Part shown: piece after piece, positions 45,520 through 60,430 of the stretch
Layout: each line of letters opens with the position of its first letter
How positions within the stretch are numbered: position 1 is the first letter of the stretch
NCBI RefSeq assembly: GCF_009914755.1
Contig: NC_060933.1
Length of the DNA stretch: 64,000 bases
From: the human T2T-CHM13v2.0 reference genome, Homo sapiens
Reading direction: 5' to 3' (one strand)
Made by a program: the position numbers and the translations under genes
Notes under the pieces: model-generated
What the model was told of the DNA's origin: nothing
The model's database searches: none
What the model saw: the letters and a program-made list of their open reading frames with translations, nothing else

Positions 45520-45967
45520 ATTGATTCTCATCACTTCTCAGGGCCTCGCTTTCCCCATCTAGAAGGGCTGGGATAGTGGCTGTTCTGCAAAGAGCCCCCA
45601 GGGGCCACATTGCGTCTAGCTCATAGCTCTGCCTCCCTAGTAGGATGCAGCCCTTGTCCTCAGGGTTCCAGGCAGTGGGAGCTCCGGCCACCATGCCCAT
45701 ATTTAGGCAGCAACTAGAGAGAGGATGAAGAAGAAGGGCAAAGGACTACACTATCTTTTAAGGAGATACATGGAAGTGGATAGTTGACACTTTTGCATAT
45801 ATCCTATAGGCCAGGACTTAGTGATGTGGCCACACATAGCTCCAAGGAAGTTGTGAAATGGGAGTCTTCATTCTGAATGGCCACGAGCATGGCTAAAAAT
45901 GAGGGGTTGTCTTATTAAGATAGAAGGGGATGAGAGTTATAGAGGGACAACTAGCTGTCTGTACTGT
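45520..45967 (-). mobile_element. MLT1 (I/J-like) LTR
   Basis: ggccaggacttagtgatgtggccacacatagctccaagg...gggacaactagc. Confidence 0.65.
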
Positions 45968-46093
45968 GGGTTTAGATGATGTCCTAAACATTCAGTGTAG
46001 AATATTGCAGTCTTCGAAGATGTAAAATATCTTTAATATTTGATCGTTAATTTTTTTCTTTAGACTAAATAATTTAGGATGCTGACATAAACT

Positions 46094-46165
46094 ATGATGA
46101 TGATATTTTTGATGATGGTGATGAGGATGATGATGAGGAGGAGGAGGAGGAGGAGGAGAGGAGGA
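46094..46165. repeat. (GAT)n-(GAG)n trinucleotide tract
   Basis: tgatgatga...gaggaggaggagg. Confidence 0.9.
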
Positions 46166-46828
46166 ATATCTACCAGAGAAAATACTCCAGGGTGTAGGAT
46201 ATGACAATTTACAACCCAATAAGAAAAGTATTTTTCCCATTTTACAAATAAGTAAATTGATGCTCAGAGTGGGCAAACCTCTGAGGCCAAACCAGGTCTT
46301 ACCTATGGAGTCATGATATAGCCACAAAGATTGGGAACAAGGTTTTTGGGAAGCAATGTGGCTCTCTGTTGCAAGTAACAAAAACTGAATTCCAAATGAC
46401 ATAAACAACAAGGAAAAAGTTACATCTCGTATTAAAATGTCTAGAAAGGGCAGCAGCAGAGGTGGGTAATTCATTGCCTCAGCAATGTCTTCAAGGAACC
46501 AGGTTCTATCATTCTCAGGATGTGGTCTTTGACCTTGATGAGATTTCCTCATGGAAAGGCCCCAGCAGTGCAAGCTATTACCCTCACATACGATGTGGTC
46601 TTATGGCAGAAAAAAGACTGCCTACTGTTTATGTGTCTTTTTAAAGTCAGGGAAACTTTTCCAGAAGTCCTCCTGTGCCATATTTGTCCTATTTTGTGTA
46701 AATTCACCTTTGCTGAGGACTAGGTACCTGAATAAAGTCATGATTCTCTTAATATGAAAAGCAGTGGGAATGATTTTGGGTAGGCAACTGTCAACACCTC
46801 TAATTCATTCATAGGTTATTTGCCCATT

Positions 46829-46950
46829 AGCCGGGTGTGCCTGTAGTCCCAACTACCCCAGAGGCTGAGGCTGGAGGATTGCTTGAGCCCAGGAGTTCAA
46901 GACCACCCTGGGCAACATAGAGACATACAGCGACCCTATCTCTTTAAAAA
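46829..46950 (+). mobile_element. Alu monomer (FLAM-like)
   Basis: gccgggtgtgcctgtagtccc...gagcccaggagttcaagacc...ctctttaaaaa, followed by a microsatellite. Confidence 0.82.
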
Positions 46951-47044
46951 GTATATATAAATATATATATACACACACATATATACACACATACATGTGT
47001 GTATATATATACACATATATGTAGTGTGTGTATTAAATATATAA

Positions 47045-47087
<43 letters not shown>

Positions 47088-47088
47088 G
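46951..47088. repeat. Compound (TA)/(CA)/(TG) microsatellite
   Basis: Alternating purine-pyrimidine tract after the Alu tail. Confidence 0.95.
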
Positions 47089-49472
47089 ATTTTCCCAATA
47101 TTTAAGGACAATCTAGAATTCTAGAATTATGGATATTTCCCTGAAAATGTCATTACTTTTGGATGTCCCTTGCTTATTACAACTTACTCACTTGCTTATC
47201 AATAAACATTTATTGAAAACCTTCTCTGGGTCAGATAGTGTACGAATAATGAAATTCATGCTTACTGTCAAAAAGCATTTTATGATTTAGTGACAGAGTC
47301 AGATATCCTCAGCAACATTTACAAAACAATGCATGGAATGCCACAATAGAGGCAATGAGGATGCTTAGAGGAAACCACTTATATTGGCCTGGGGAATCGG
47401 AACTTGTGGCTGTAATAAAGCTTTCTTCTCTTAGATTATGAATGTTGCTCATGGGGAGCACTTAAATGAGCTCCCTGAGAACAGGGACCACAACTTCTTT
47501 GTTTTTATTTTTTAGTCTGAGTGTAGTGCTTTGACTATAGTAGTTGATCAATGTGGTGAGCAGAAAAGGTAGCTTCCCTACATTACAGCTAGTAGTGGTG
47601 TTTGCTGGACTTCAGCAGGTCTTTGTAAATTCAAAGCCCAGGCTCTCTAACACCATACATAGCACTTTGTTACTCACAATGAATGGTTTGCTATAGAATG
47701 CTTTCTCTTTTCTAATCTGCTTCTTGTCTGATTGTCATGCAAACTTGAATGGGATAATAAATGTAAAGTAATTAGCATAGAAGAAGCACTCAGTGACTAT
47801 TACCTGCTATTATTACTTTATAATGTAGTCTGCATTATTTTTCTTCCTTTATTTAAATCTTCAACTTTGCTGAATTGCTTATTGAAGAAAATGCTGTCTC
47901 TAAACATAACATTACTGGCAGCTGAAAGTGAACCTTACACATGATGCTTCATGGTATCTGAGAGTCATGAAGTTTACAAAGACATTTCTGGTCTTATTCT
48001 GATAAATATCACATGCTAATATTTCCTACATTCCCATTTACTCAGTGTTCCCTACTTCCTAAATGAGGGAAAAGCACTGTCGAACAGTTGTCAAATTTTC
48101 TTCACAAGCAGCTTGGTTTTCCTTAATGGATGAAATCACCCTTCGTTGATGGATCCATCTGCACAGGAATTTCTAGATCATCTCAGGGCTCACACTCTGG
48201 GTCCCACCTCCTGCTCTGCTACAAACGGTTAGGTATCTTTATGCATCAGTATCCAGCTGGCCATAGCGGCCCTGTGTCAGAAATTATATTTCCTCTAATT
48301 GGCTAAAGGGACCATTTTCTTAACAGTTTCTTTCTTTTATAGGGCCATGTGCTATGTTCCATTTATATACACATTCTGGAACACAGTATTCCAGAGCATG
48401 TTAATTGTTTAGAGATAATGGACCTAATAAATAGAATGGTGCGGTTAAGGAGAAATCCAGTTGCATGGAGGTCCTTGGTCTTTTGTGTGGCTTGAAGAGG
48501 TTGAGGATGCTGATGTGTTCTTTGGGAAGAGATTCACAGTTGACAGGAAACATCTGCTTTAATTTGCTCCAACATCAACAAGATTGATGTGGTAGGAAAC
48601 CTGTTGTTACTGTGTGAGTTCCATTTATCAAGGCAGGGCTTGGCCCGAAATCAGGGCTATTTGGACAGGTACCACAATGGGTCAAAATATGGACATAACA
48701 AAGCAGCATTACTTGAGAGTATCATGTGGCTGTTTCTCTATTTAAAGGGAGTCATGTTCCTTCTATACCTGTCTGGCTATCTTCATTTCTTTCTGTGTCT
48801 TTCTCTTTATGTTTTTCTTTCTCAGCACATTTCCATTCAGGGCCTCAATTACGAGTGTAACAGTTCTCACCCTAAATTCTGCCTCCATATCCTCTCTCCT
48901 GGGTAAGAAAGGCTCCCAGTGATGGTGACTCTCAATGGAGGGGAATTCTCCCCAAGGGTTTCCCAAATATTTTCAGAAACAGCTATGCAAACACACAGAC
49001 TCACACACGCAAGTACTCACCAAACCTTGGAGATTATCCACTACCCCTAAGGTATACCTGCCTTTTCTGGCTAACTTTCAGAATCGCTTACCTAGAATTA
49101 ATTAAAGATGCTCTTACCTTCAGGAAAACTGCCTTGGTTTTCATTATTTGGAAAAGTAAAGTTTGTATCTGACACTTAAAATATGCCTCTGGAGAACTCA
49201 AAGAATTCAAAGCATTCTTATATCAGTGCATCTGTGATACTAATCTTTTAGAAAATTATTACACTGCTAATAAAATGTGAAGTGTGGATTCATGCCACTG
49301 AGCTTAGGTTATTGCCTCCACTATTTTTGAAATGCTAGTGCCCATGATGTCCTGATGCAGGAACTCATCTCTTAACAAAACAACACAGCCATATACAGAA
49401 AAAATAAGGTCCTTTTTCACCCATTCTGGTGTAGGGTAGATCAATCAATTAAAAGAAATTGCAAAGGCTATA

Positions 49473-49896
49473 TGCTATGGTTTGGGTGTTTGTCTTCTCC
49501 AAACCTCATGTTGAAATATGATTCCCAGTATTGAAGGTGGGGCCTAATGGGAGGTGTTTGGATCATGAGATGAGGACAGATCCCTCATGAATAAATTAAT
49601 TGTGTCTCTTGGAGGTGAGTTCTTACTCAGTTCCCATGAGAGCTGGTTGTCACAAAGAGCTGGTATCTCCCCACCTTCTTGCTTCCTCTCTCTCCATGTG
49701 ATCTCTGCACATGCCAGCTCTCCTTCACCTTCTACCATGAGTGGACACAGCCTGAGGGCCTCACCAGAAGCTGAGCAGATGCTGGCACCAGGCTTCCCGT
49801 ATAGCCCGCAGAACCATGAGCTAAATAGACCTCTTTTCTTAATAAATTACCCAGCCTCAGGTATTCCTTTATAGCCACACAAAATGGACTAAGACA
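49473..49896 (+). mobile_element. MSTB-type solo LTR
   Basis: tgctatggtttgg...aataaattacccagcctcaggtattcctttatagc...ggactaagaca. Confidence 0.9.
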
Positions 49897-51363
49897 CCCT
49901 ATCACTGGAGTCCACTCAGACTACCAGGTGAGATAAATCCAGGAGCTTCCAGGTTCTTTGTTCTTGATTCTGGCAATGGGTTCAAATAAAAGACAATGAA
50001 AGGATATGCTATTGGCTACTTTGTCATTTCATCTTCCTGCTTCCTACCTAATGACCTGAATGCACATGTGCTCCCGCTGTCAGTCTCCCCACTGTGAACA
50101 ACCCTCCTTTCTCTTTACGAACCTCCTCTGCCCTGGGCAGGCTGGTGACCACACTGCTCTGGGCCAGATACTGTGCCCAGTACAGAGAGGAGGTGCACGA
50201 GGAAATGATAAGGCACATCTCTGCTTTGGAGAATCTCATTGCCCAAGAAGACATATAGACAAGTAAAGCAGTTACAGAAATAATGGTTAAGGTACACTGG
50301 TGGTACGAAGAAGGGACGAATCAGTTTTGCCTAAGATTGGAGGATGCTGGGCAAAAAAGGCTTCAGAGAAGAGGAGGTATTTGGAGAGTGCATTGAAGGT
50401 TGAATAGAAGGTTTAGAGAATCAGAATTTGCCTAGTGTACAGAAAGAAAAATTGAAAGGCAGTGGACGGCCATCAGTAGAAGGGTGTGAGGCACAAGTTA
50501 TTGAGGTACATGAAGAGACTGACAGTCATGATCATTATGAAGCATTAGTTGAAGGGTCACTGAGGTACACATAAGTATACCAATGGTAATGCTGCTGGAA
50601 GAGTAGCCAGGGGACTGGGGAAAAGAAGGCACCATGTTATGTGCTGGGACCTCATTCATTCTTCATGTCATAAGGAGCCAATTCTTCTCTGGACTTTTCC
50701 ACATTCCATGCAAAGTCTGTCTGGCTTCCTGTCCATTTACTTTCTGGTCATTCAAGGCCTACCACTGTCCGGTGTCCAGTTGCTCCTCATATGCAGATGA
50801 AAAACCTGGGCCAGGTCAAAGTCTGAAGACCTAGAGAACTGGGCAGAGCTCTGGGCAGTGTGGGATCTGCCCACACCTCTCAGAGAGAGGAACTGAGGTG
50901 GTTGTTCTGAGAGGCAGTGAGCAGGGAGACCCTGAAGCCAAAGGCTGGCAGGATCCAGCAGGGCAGAGGCCAGCAGGGGAATTCAGGGAAGAGCCTCAGG
51001 GCTGACAATGGGGACACCTGACTACAGTCAAGGGGATTCAAAGCACAGCCTGGAACCTGGAGGAATCCCCTGGAACATGGACACAGAAATGTGGACAGCT
51101 GAAGCCATGACCTTGACCACAGGTAGGGAGCTTGCAGTTAGGGACAGGAGCCAACTTTACTTAGACATAACTCAAATTCATTTCATTTCTGAAGGAAATG
51201 AAATTTCCTTCATTTTCACCTGGTTGGAATTTATTGCTCTCTCCTTAATGGTGCATAGCACCTTGTTTATTTATGCTTTGAGTAATTGTAATATGCCTTG
51301 TTTTATAGTATTTTTATACATTTCTACTTCAACTCTTGATTATAAATTTGTTAAGGCAGGGAA

Positions 51364-51365
<2 letters not shown>

Positions 51366-51413
<48 letters not shown>

Positions 51414-51429
51414 ATCTATCTATCATCTA
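51366..51429. repeat. (TCTA)n tetranucleotide STR
   Basis: About 11 perfect units plus variants. Confidence 0.97.
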
Positions 51430-54400
51430 CACACACTAATGGTATTTTAGCTATAGCATACATAAATACATAGGTACATTTTGTTGAATTGAAATTAATT
51501 GAATTAATCCCATCCTCTTTCAGAATAGAAATTATGTTTTCTGGGAGCTAGAAACTATTGTGAGAGATGTTAGTATTGTTGAAATTTAAAAGGGGCTGTC
51601 CAGTTCAGTTGTGGCCTGGTGTGTACTGAATGACATCCAAATTCTAAGTAAGTGGAATTGCTATCAGATCTGAGATAAATTAACCATGCTCATGAGAAGA
51701 TGTAGAGTGAGGAATTCCTTCCACAAATGCTCTGCTTATCTGATTATTGGTTAGCCAGTGATTTCCTGTCATCCACAAAAAAAGATGAAATAGTAAGAGA
51801 AAAGTAAATACTAGGTGAAGTGCTTTGAGCCAAAGGGAGTCCATCTAAGAAGTGATGGATGGCTCTGTTGGGATTCCGGCAGTAGTGCATGATGATGTTG
51901 GTGTATAAATACGTCAGCTCCTTTAACCCTTGGGGGACCCTGAGGCATGTGTTTTTCATGGGCCCCTAGCGTGCTCATGCAGGATTAAGTTTCAGTTGCC
52001 TACTGTGGTAATTGGCTTGAGAAGCCTATCTTTATTAATTTTCTTCTCTTCCTTGTCTTATTTCTCTTCTTCCCTACCTGTGTTCTCTTCATTCCCTTCC
52101 TCCCTACAAAATAAACTATGTGAGTTTGAATTCTTCTTTCAGGATTCAAGTTTACTCCTGGGGAACCAAATTAAGACTAAAGAATATGTATTCTCTTTCT
52201 TCTCATTTGGCGTTGAGACATTTTAAAGCCTCAACAATTTTCCCTATATAAGCAGTTCCAATTATTTGTGCCTCACTTATAAAAAGTAGGTAATGAGAAA
52301 ATTAAGGCTTGCAGACAAATCTTACACAACTGCAGCAGAATATCTCAGAAATGTGCTCAATTCTCGGGCTTTCTGTTTGGTCTCTTTAAGCAGGCAACCT
52401 CAAAGAGGTGTTTCTAGCTTTTGTGATTATGTGTGATTTTGTTATTTTACAGCCTACTGCTGTGGAACTCTATTGAGAAAAGACACTGATAAAGCTAATA
52501 AAATATACATCTGCTACAAAGAAAATTTTATCTCAAAAATGCTATTTCCTCTTCAGCTCTGAATGTTGACAGATTTTTTTTCCTAACGGGGTTCAGTAGG
52601 TTGGCTGGAAAGCCAAGATCAAATACCAACGGGAGGTGTGAAGACTGGCCAGCCTATGTTCAACGAGTTCACCATCCAGCTGCTAAGTTCTCCATGCTGA
52701 TAAGACAAACACTCTCTGAATCGGATACGGGCCTACTGGTATCTTTAGGACCATCTGCAGCACAGCTAGGTAAAGTAGGCACAATTTTTAAGTTAGGTTT
52801 TGCAGAAGGTCCCATGAAACAGGGTTTCCTTGTCAAAATACAGTGAGACATAATAACAGAGCCATGTTTGGAGGTCCCTTCATTGACAATGGGTTATGCC
52901 TTCAGCTTTCAGGCTGATCCTGCTGAGAAGCATATGTGATTAGCCCCAAGAAGCTCTTTACTGCCCCCTAGATCCCTGTCAAATCTAGGAGATCTTGAGC
53001 TGTACTTCCCCTGGGCCCGGGGGACGTGTGAAATGCTTGTGTTGTATCTTCATTAGTGGAAATTTTTGATCAATTATCCTGGATGATCCATGTCATGGAA
53101 CATTGAGCTGCGTATCCTTTCATTTCCATCATTCAGGGTGATATTCAAAATATAGGATAGGCATTTTTAACCCCAAAGTATATTGAGAAGTAAAATTAAT
53201 GTTGGAGATTAGTACATTACACACCTCATCAAGCAGGAAGAGACAAGAAAGCATATAAATGCGACACAATTCTGGGGCAACTCCTGTCTTCAAAACTTAT
53301 TTGCTTCAGCTATAGCCGCTGAGGCCTTACTCCTTTTCCTGCCTGTCTTGAAAGATTGTTCTATGCGGCCACCCAGATTTCTTGGGATCTGATGCTAGAC
53401 CTTGGAGGAAGTCAGGTAAAGCTTTCTAGCTCTGCCTCAGTTGGACCATGTCTCTCCCCTGTCTCTGGTTTCTTGGGCTACTTTGATTTCACTTTCTGTG
53501 TTATGGAAACCTCTGGCAGTAACTGTTCCCTGTGTGCCTTACACTTCAATTGAGATGCACAATTGCCAAAGCTCTCTCTGATACCACCAGGGAGCAGCGA
53601 ACTTAATTCTTCTGTCTTTGATCTCTCTCTTGTTTTGCTGTTTCTCCCCTGACAAGAGGCTGAGCTGCTTTGGGGGCCACCAAGGGCCATTCTCTCCACT
53701 TTGTCCTTCACTATATCACATCCCCATATGTCTTCCTATAGTCACCTGCTGGCGTGATTCCATTTTGTTTGTTGAATTTGACTAAAGGTGTCTTGAGCTT
53801 AGGAGTCATATCAGCCTGCCCACAAAAGTGTCCCATTTCACTGGGCAAATCAACTAGAATGTTGTTGTATTTACTCTGTGGACTTAGGAAGGGATCCTCT
53901 GGGAATTAGCCCCATGGGGTTTCTGTCACCTCCCATTCTACTTTGGCTTAGACAAGGTATCTGAGTTCAGAACCTGACTCTGTTCCTGCGCTCAGCTTTA
54001 CAGACAAGTGGTATTATTTTTAGCCTGCAGACCTTTTAGTTAACACCCTGCTGCATTGAGGGTGTGAGAGAGAAGTGCTTTGGAAATCAGACTCTGTTAC
54101 TGATAGCTTGTCCTAAACTGAAAAGGCGACAGGAGAAAGGATGCTTTGTGTTCAAGCAGAAGAAATCTCCGATGCTGCAGCTGCTGCTGCAGCCTTCCCC
54201 TGTGTTTCTCACCTTGCTGCGGCCTGCTGTTTGGCAGGACGACTTGACTGGCTGCGCTGTGGTTTCTGCGCCTGTGATGGCTCCTTCTGAATGCCCTCTG
54301 AGCCCTGGGGGTCTTATCAGCTGGCTGCGGCGGGGGTGGGAGATGAACAGCTCCCTTGTCAAGCCCGCTTTCTCCTTCTCCTGGGAACCCCTGCCGGGTC

Positions 54401-56719
54401 ACCAGCCTAAACCCCCTCTAGCACCCCATGGCCTCTTGCTTGGGGTGTCAGAGTCAGAGAGAGTAAGGAGGTGTTGGGAGATGAAGTTCAGAGGGTAAAA
54501 TGATACCGCAGGAGGAACCAGGCTTATGCGAGCTTTATAGTCGGCTGAAAAAGAGAATGTGGTAAAGATCAGGTGGCCCGTTTCAAAATGGCTGGAACTT
54601 TTACTTAATACTTTACAAGGTGCGCCCCTGCCCCAAAGTATAGGTGGAAATAAACCTCTGCTTTAAAATCTCAACAGAAAAATCAGATCAAAGAAATCTG
54701 GTGAAATACCTTTGATTAAATGTAACACACAATTGATCTCAATTCCATAGCTGATTATTAATTTTTAATTAGGAGTAAGATACAGGCACCATGATGTGTA
54801 GATTTTGTTGTCTAAGAAAGAAGATGAATAGAAGATAATATGTTTTAACTTTTTTTTTCCACCAAGTTTTAAAGTTCTAAGACTGCTGGCAATTTTCAAT
54901 GAATATATGGGGTCTCCATCACTGGCCATTTTATGGGCAAAACAGCAAAACACAAATAGGTTTAATGCTGAGCTCCCAGCCCTTATCTTTGCTTCTCCCC
55001 CTCCATTTCCACCAGTCAGGTGTCTAGAAAAGAAGGGCATCCCGGTTGGGAGGAATTGGTTGTGGGGAGGATTTGGCCATGATCAGAGTAGGTACTGCTT
55101 CAGACCGAGCTGGGGCATTTTAAAACTGAGGCAGAAGAAGCCATACTTTAGGGGTCCGGGGAAAGAAAGTAGGACTAGGATGGCTCCACAATTCCTCTGC
55201 TGATCCTCTCAGAGACTTAGCTTTGCTTAGAAGCATTCCCTGGTAACCAGCATCTATTGCTGTCTTTACTTAGCATTTAAATGCCCCCAGTCTGGCAATG
55301 TCAGTTATCTCAGAGCCAAGACAGAATAATTTTGTGGTAGAAATCAAAGAATTTTCAGTGTAACATCTAGGGCAGGATTTGTGCCTCTTTTGCAGTGGAT
55401 GGCCTTTTCCCCTCTTGACAGAATTCTGTTAGAGCCTCACATTGTTGAGATATCCCCCTCATCTCCATTCTACAGAGTGTTAATGCTGCTGGAAGACTGT
55501 CTGTTAAAATCAGATTCCCATCAGGCTTTGAATGCTCCCTACCAAATGGCGTAGCTGCCTTTGATCTGTAGTCTCACTTAAGGAAGCTTTTCAAGTGCAT
55601 GGAAAATGTCTTGACCCCAGTGTTTGGACCTGTCACTGCTTGCACACCAAATCAAGGTATCATCAAGCTGAAAACGTACACCTAGAGGAATTCCTGCTAT
55701 TTAATGGGCTCAGCCATTCCTGCTGTATTGATGGCAGTCTCAGCTCAGCTCTCCCTCTGGGGGCTCCGAAGACCCTAGAGTTATGTTCCTCCCAGCAGCA
55801 AACCTCTGAGGCTTGGTGTGGCTCAAAGACAGAGTCAGAGCTGCTTTGTCATCTGTGATTCTGTGGGTTGGAGGAGTAGTCAGAAGTAGGTCACATCTGA
55901 AGAAAAATTCTCTGCTTGTGATCTTGAGTACAACTGAAGGAAACTGACCCCTTTGAATTCATGAAGTAGGATGCAAGGTTCATATTATCTATGAGGACTG
56001 TAAAAATGGCTCCACTGACCTTGAGCTTATTCACTCACAATGCATGCCAGTTAGATATGGGTATTTAGCATGCTGTATTTTAGGAATATTACATCAAATG
56101 TGGAAATACGGAGGCACATGGTAAACTGTCATGTACTATACAAATGATCATTGTGATGACATTTTCTTAAAATGGGTTATATGAAGTATAAAGAATTGAG
56201 AGGCTGACTATTGCCAGCAATTAGTTTAGTATAGCCTTGTTTATTAATCTATGGCCAGATGTGGTACCTTAGAGCCTATAGATCTTACTGTGCACACCCA
56301 TGACCTTCAGATGTTCGTCGGGAGACACAACATAGAGCCTGGTCTTGGTGCTTGAGGAATCTGGGATGTCATACCTGACTCTCTGATGCATTATTTGGAT
56401 ACCTTAATCTCTCCAAATTTCCTTGTTTATAAAATGAAGATGTAAATGCCTCAATTGCCTCATGTGGTGGTTATGAAAGCTAAAATAAAAATGCACAGAT
56501 GGTTTTGAATGTGCTTTGGGTCAGTGAAGTGTTATAAAGTGTAAGGTGTTATGATGATCATAGATGTAACTTGGGATGTATGCTTTGTCCATGGATGGTT
56601 TCTTATCTGAAAGGAAAGGCTGATGAAAGCTAGGTCGACGAATAATGTGTGATGAGTATATGTGTGCATATGCACACGTGGACATGCAGGTGCACATGTC
56701 CATGTCAGGGTACATAGTG

Positions 56720-57395
<676 letters not shown>

Positions 57396-58024
57396 TTACT
57401 TTGTAGATGGATACTAGATTAAGACATGCATAGTACAATTTGTAGAGAAGAAAGATAATGTAGAATCTAACTTTATACTGTTTATAAGAGATATGTCTAA
57501 AAAATGTGATTCAAAATGGTTTAAAATTAAAAATTAGGCAAATATATAAAAAATGAAGAGAAAAAAGCAAAAATCAAGGTAATAAAATGTTAAAGCAATG
57601 AAGATCACTTTTATTTATTTTAAATAACTATCATAAATATTTATGTATTGAATGACAGCATCAGAATATATAAATAAATAATTTTTAAATGTAAAAAAAA
57701 AAATTTAGAAGCTATATATTAAGAGACCTTACTGTAATTTTCCTAACTTTTGATAGACCAAGTAGCCAAGTAGGAGGAACAATCTCAACAATAAAATAAT
57801 AATTTATTGACCTGAAAAAACATTTAGTAGCATTGATTGGCTCAAAACTATCTATATGGGGGGTTTGCCTGGGAACTCCATTTGCATAGCAAACACTCAG
57901 TTTTTATTCATGTTGAGTTATATTATTGGGAGGAGCTGAAGGAGATTACTGTTGGGGCTAATGTCCCCATCCCCTACCTCTTGGTAACAAAACTGACCCT
58001 CAAGAGTCACTCCTTGTGTGGTGG

Positions 58025-58212
<188 letters not shown>

Positions 58213-58319
58213 TAGAAAAGTAAGAAGGCATATTGTTGATGAGGTAATTAAAATAAATTAATTAGCACAACAATAAGAAAATAAGTAATGTGATAAAAGC
58301 AGTCTGCAAGGGCATAATT

Positions 58320-59013
58320 AAAAAAATTTTTTTCCCATAGGTTATTGGGAAACAGGTGGTGTTTGGTTACATGAGTAAGTTCTTTAGTGGTGATTTGTGA
58401 GATTTTGGTGCACCCATCACCTGAGCAGTACACAGTGCATGCTATTTGTAGTCTTTTGTCTCTCATCCCCTTCCCACCCTTTCCCCCGTGTCCCCAAAGT
58501 CCATTGTGTCATTCTTATGCCTTTGCATCCTCATAGCTTAGCTCCCACTTAGGAGTGAGAATATACCATGTTTGGTTTCCCATTCCTGAATTACTTCACT
58601 TAGAGTAATAGTCTCCAGTCTCATCCAGGTCCCTGCAAATGCCATTAATTCATTCCTTTTTATGGCTGAGTAGTATTCCATTGTATATATATACCACAGT
58701 TTCTTTATCCACTCGTTGATTGATGGGCATTTGGGTTGGTTCCATGTTTTTCCTATTGTGAATTGTGCTGCTATAAACATGCATGTGCAAGTATCTTTTT
58801 CATATAATGACTTCTTTTCCTCTGAGTGGACACCCAGTAGTGGGATTGCTGGATCAAATGGTAGTTCTACTTTTAGTTCTTTAAGGAATCTCCACACTGT
58901 TTTCCATAGTGGTTGTACTAGTTTACATTCCCACCAGCAGTATAGAAGTGTTCCCTGTTCACCGCATCCACACCAACATCTACTATATTTTTTTATTTTT
59001 GGATTATGGCCAT
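58320..59013 (-). mobile_element. L1PB1-like 3' end
   Basis: ataggttattggg..acaggtggtgtttggttacatgagtaagttctttagtggtg. ORF2 C-terminus still open ([19 protein letters not shown]). TSD core tctgcaagggc at 58303-58313 and 59014-59024. Confidence 0.9.
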
Positions 59014-59225
59014 TCTGCAAGGGCGAAAATTTAAAAGAACACACAAGAACCTGAATTTGAAAGAGTAAATGGTGGTGAGGCACCTTTGAAGGGAGAGTGC
59101 TCTGAGGAGCAGGACTGAAGAGCTTGGTGTTGAGAATGTCACGCAGAGCTGACATTAGGTTCAATCAGGTTGTTTCTCTTCCCCTGGAATGGCAGCCTTT
59201 GGGAAATAACCCCAAGAGCACAAAA

Positions 59226-59260
<35 letters not shown>

Positions 59261-59292
59261 GTCTCTCTCTCTGCCTCCCTCTTTCTCTCTTT
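59226..59292. repeat. (TC)n microsatellite
   Basis: TC/TG interrupted dinucleotide run. Confidence 0.95.
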
Positions 59293-59816
59293 CTTTTGGG
59301 GGCTGAGGCCCTTGAAGACCCTTTGCAATTCCATAAATAGTCAGAGACATCCCTCAAATACTACACCATGTTCCTCTGCATGGGAAAAGTGTGGTCACGC
59401 ATACACGTAACTCCATTCCCTCCCCTCCTTTCCTCCTTGCAATGGAAGGAGCAGGAAGTGGACAAGAAAACAGAACAGTATTAGAGAAACAGAATGTACC
59501 TAAATGGGGAAGACTGGGCTGAATTTGAGGAGGCTGAGTTTTACTTCCAAACCCACCCAATTCACTACTGCTGTATCTCTTGACAAAATAAGTAGACATA
59601 GTCTGTGGCCAATTTTCTTCTAACTTCATCTCAGAACTCCTCTCTCCTCTCTATGCATATCTGCCCTCCGCAAGCCTCAGACCTCATGATGAACGAGGAA
59701 GGTAAAGCATCTGGAAATGTTTCCTATGAAGAGCTGCTGAAAAAGCCTGAGATGTTGTTTAGTGTAGAAAAGACTCAACTTTGCATTTCCCACAAAGTGT
59801 TTCATGGAACACCCTT

Positions 59817-60174
59817 TGTCTTAGTCTGTTCCAGCTGCTGTCACAAAATAACACAGACAGTGTGGCTTATGAACAACAGAAATTTATTTCTCACAGTACT
59901 GAAAGCTGAGAAGTCCAAAATCAAGGAGCTGGTGTGTTGGGTGTCTGGTGAGGGCCTGGCTTCCTGGTTTATACATGGTTTCTTCTTGCTGTGTCCTCAC
60001 ATGGTGGAAGGGGCAAGGCAGCTCTCAGGGGCTTCTTTTATAAGGGCTCTAATCTCATTCACAAGGGATCTGCCCTTGGGATCTAATCACCCCCAAAAGG
60101 TCCCACCTCCTAAAATCATATTATTGATAACTAGATTTCAACATGTGAATTTTGGGTCAACCAAAGCTATAGCA
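59817..60174 (-). mobile_element. MLT1A0-like LTR
   Basis: tgtcttagtctgttcc...cttgctgtgtcctcacatggtggaagggg...tttcaacatgtgaattttggg...atagca. Confidence 0.88.
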
Positions 60175-60194
60175 CTACTCACAAGAAATGTTAA

Positions 60195-60430
60195 TGGGTG
60201 TTCTTAAACAAGGCAGAAGGGTTCCATGGACAAAATAAATTTGGAAAAGGATGAAATAAATATAAAGCAAGTTTCTTAACTTCTTCACTTTTCATAGCTT
60301 TTGACAGATTGTTGTGATTCTCCAGTAAGGACTACAGAATGTAGCATTTCCCAAACATATTTGACCAATGAACTACCATCCCAGGTGTACCTATTAATGT
60401 CTCTTAGGGGACTAGTGGGAGGTTGCACTG
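60195..60430. mobile_element. MER103C-like hAT fragment
   Basis: gttccatggacaaaataaatttggaaa...gtagcatttcccaaacatatttgacca. Confidence 0.5.

Noticed and set aside
45992-46573. 193-aa ORF with poly-Pro and poly-His
   Set aside because: Arises from the (GAG)/(GAT) microsatellite, MIR and MLT1 sequence.
54064-54498. 144-aa ORF with overlapping reverse ORFs
   Set aside because: Explained by local GC richness; no homology recognised and not PGM5 exon 7.
58538-59164. 208-aa ORF with a Cys-rich motif
   Set aside because: L1PB ORF2 C-terminus extended by chance into flank; no splice or promoter evidence.
59605-60207. 200-aa + strand ORF
   Set aside because: Mostly antisense MLT1A0 LTR, GTG start, no recognisable protein family.
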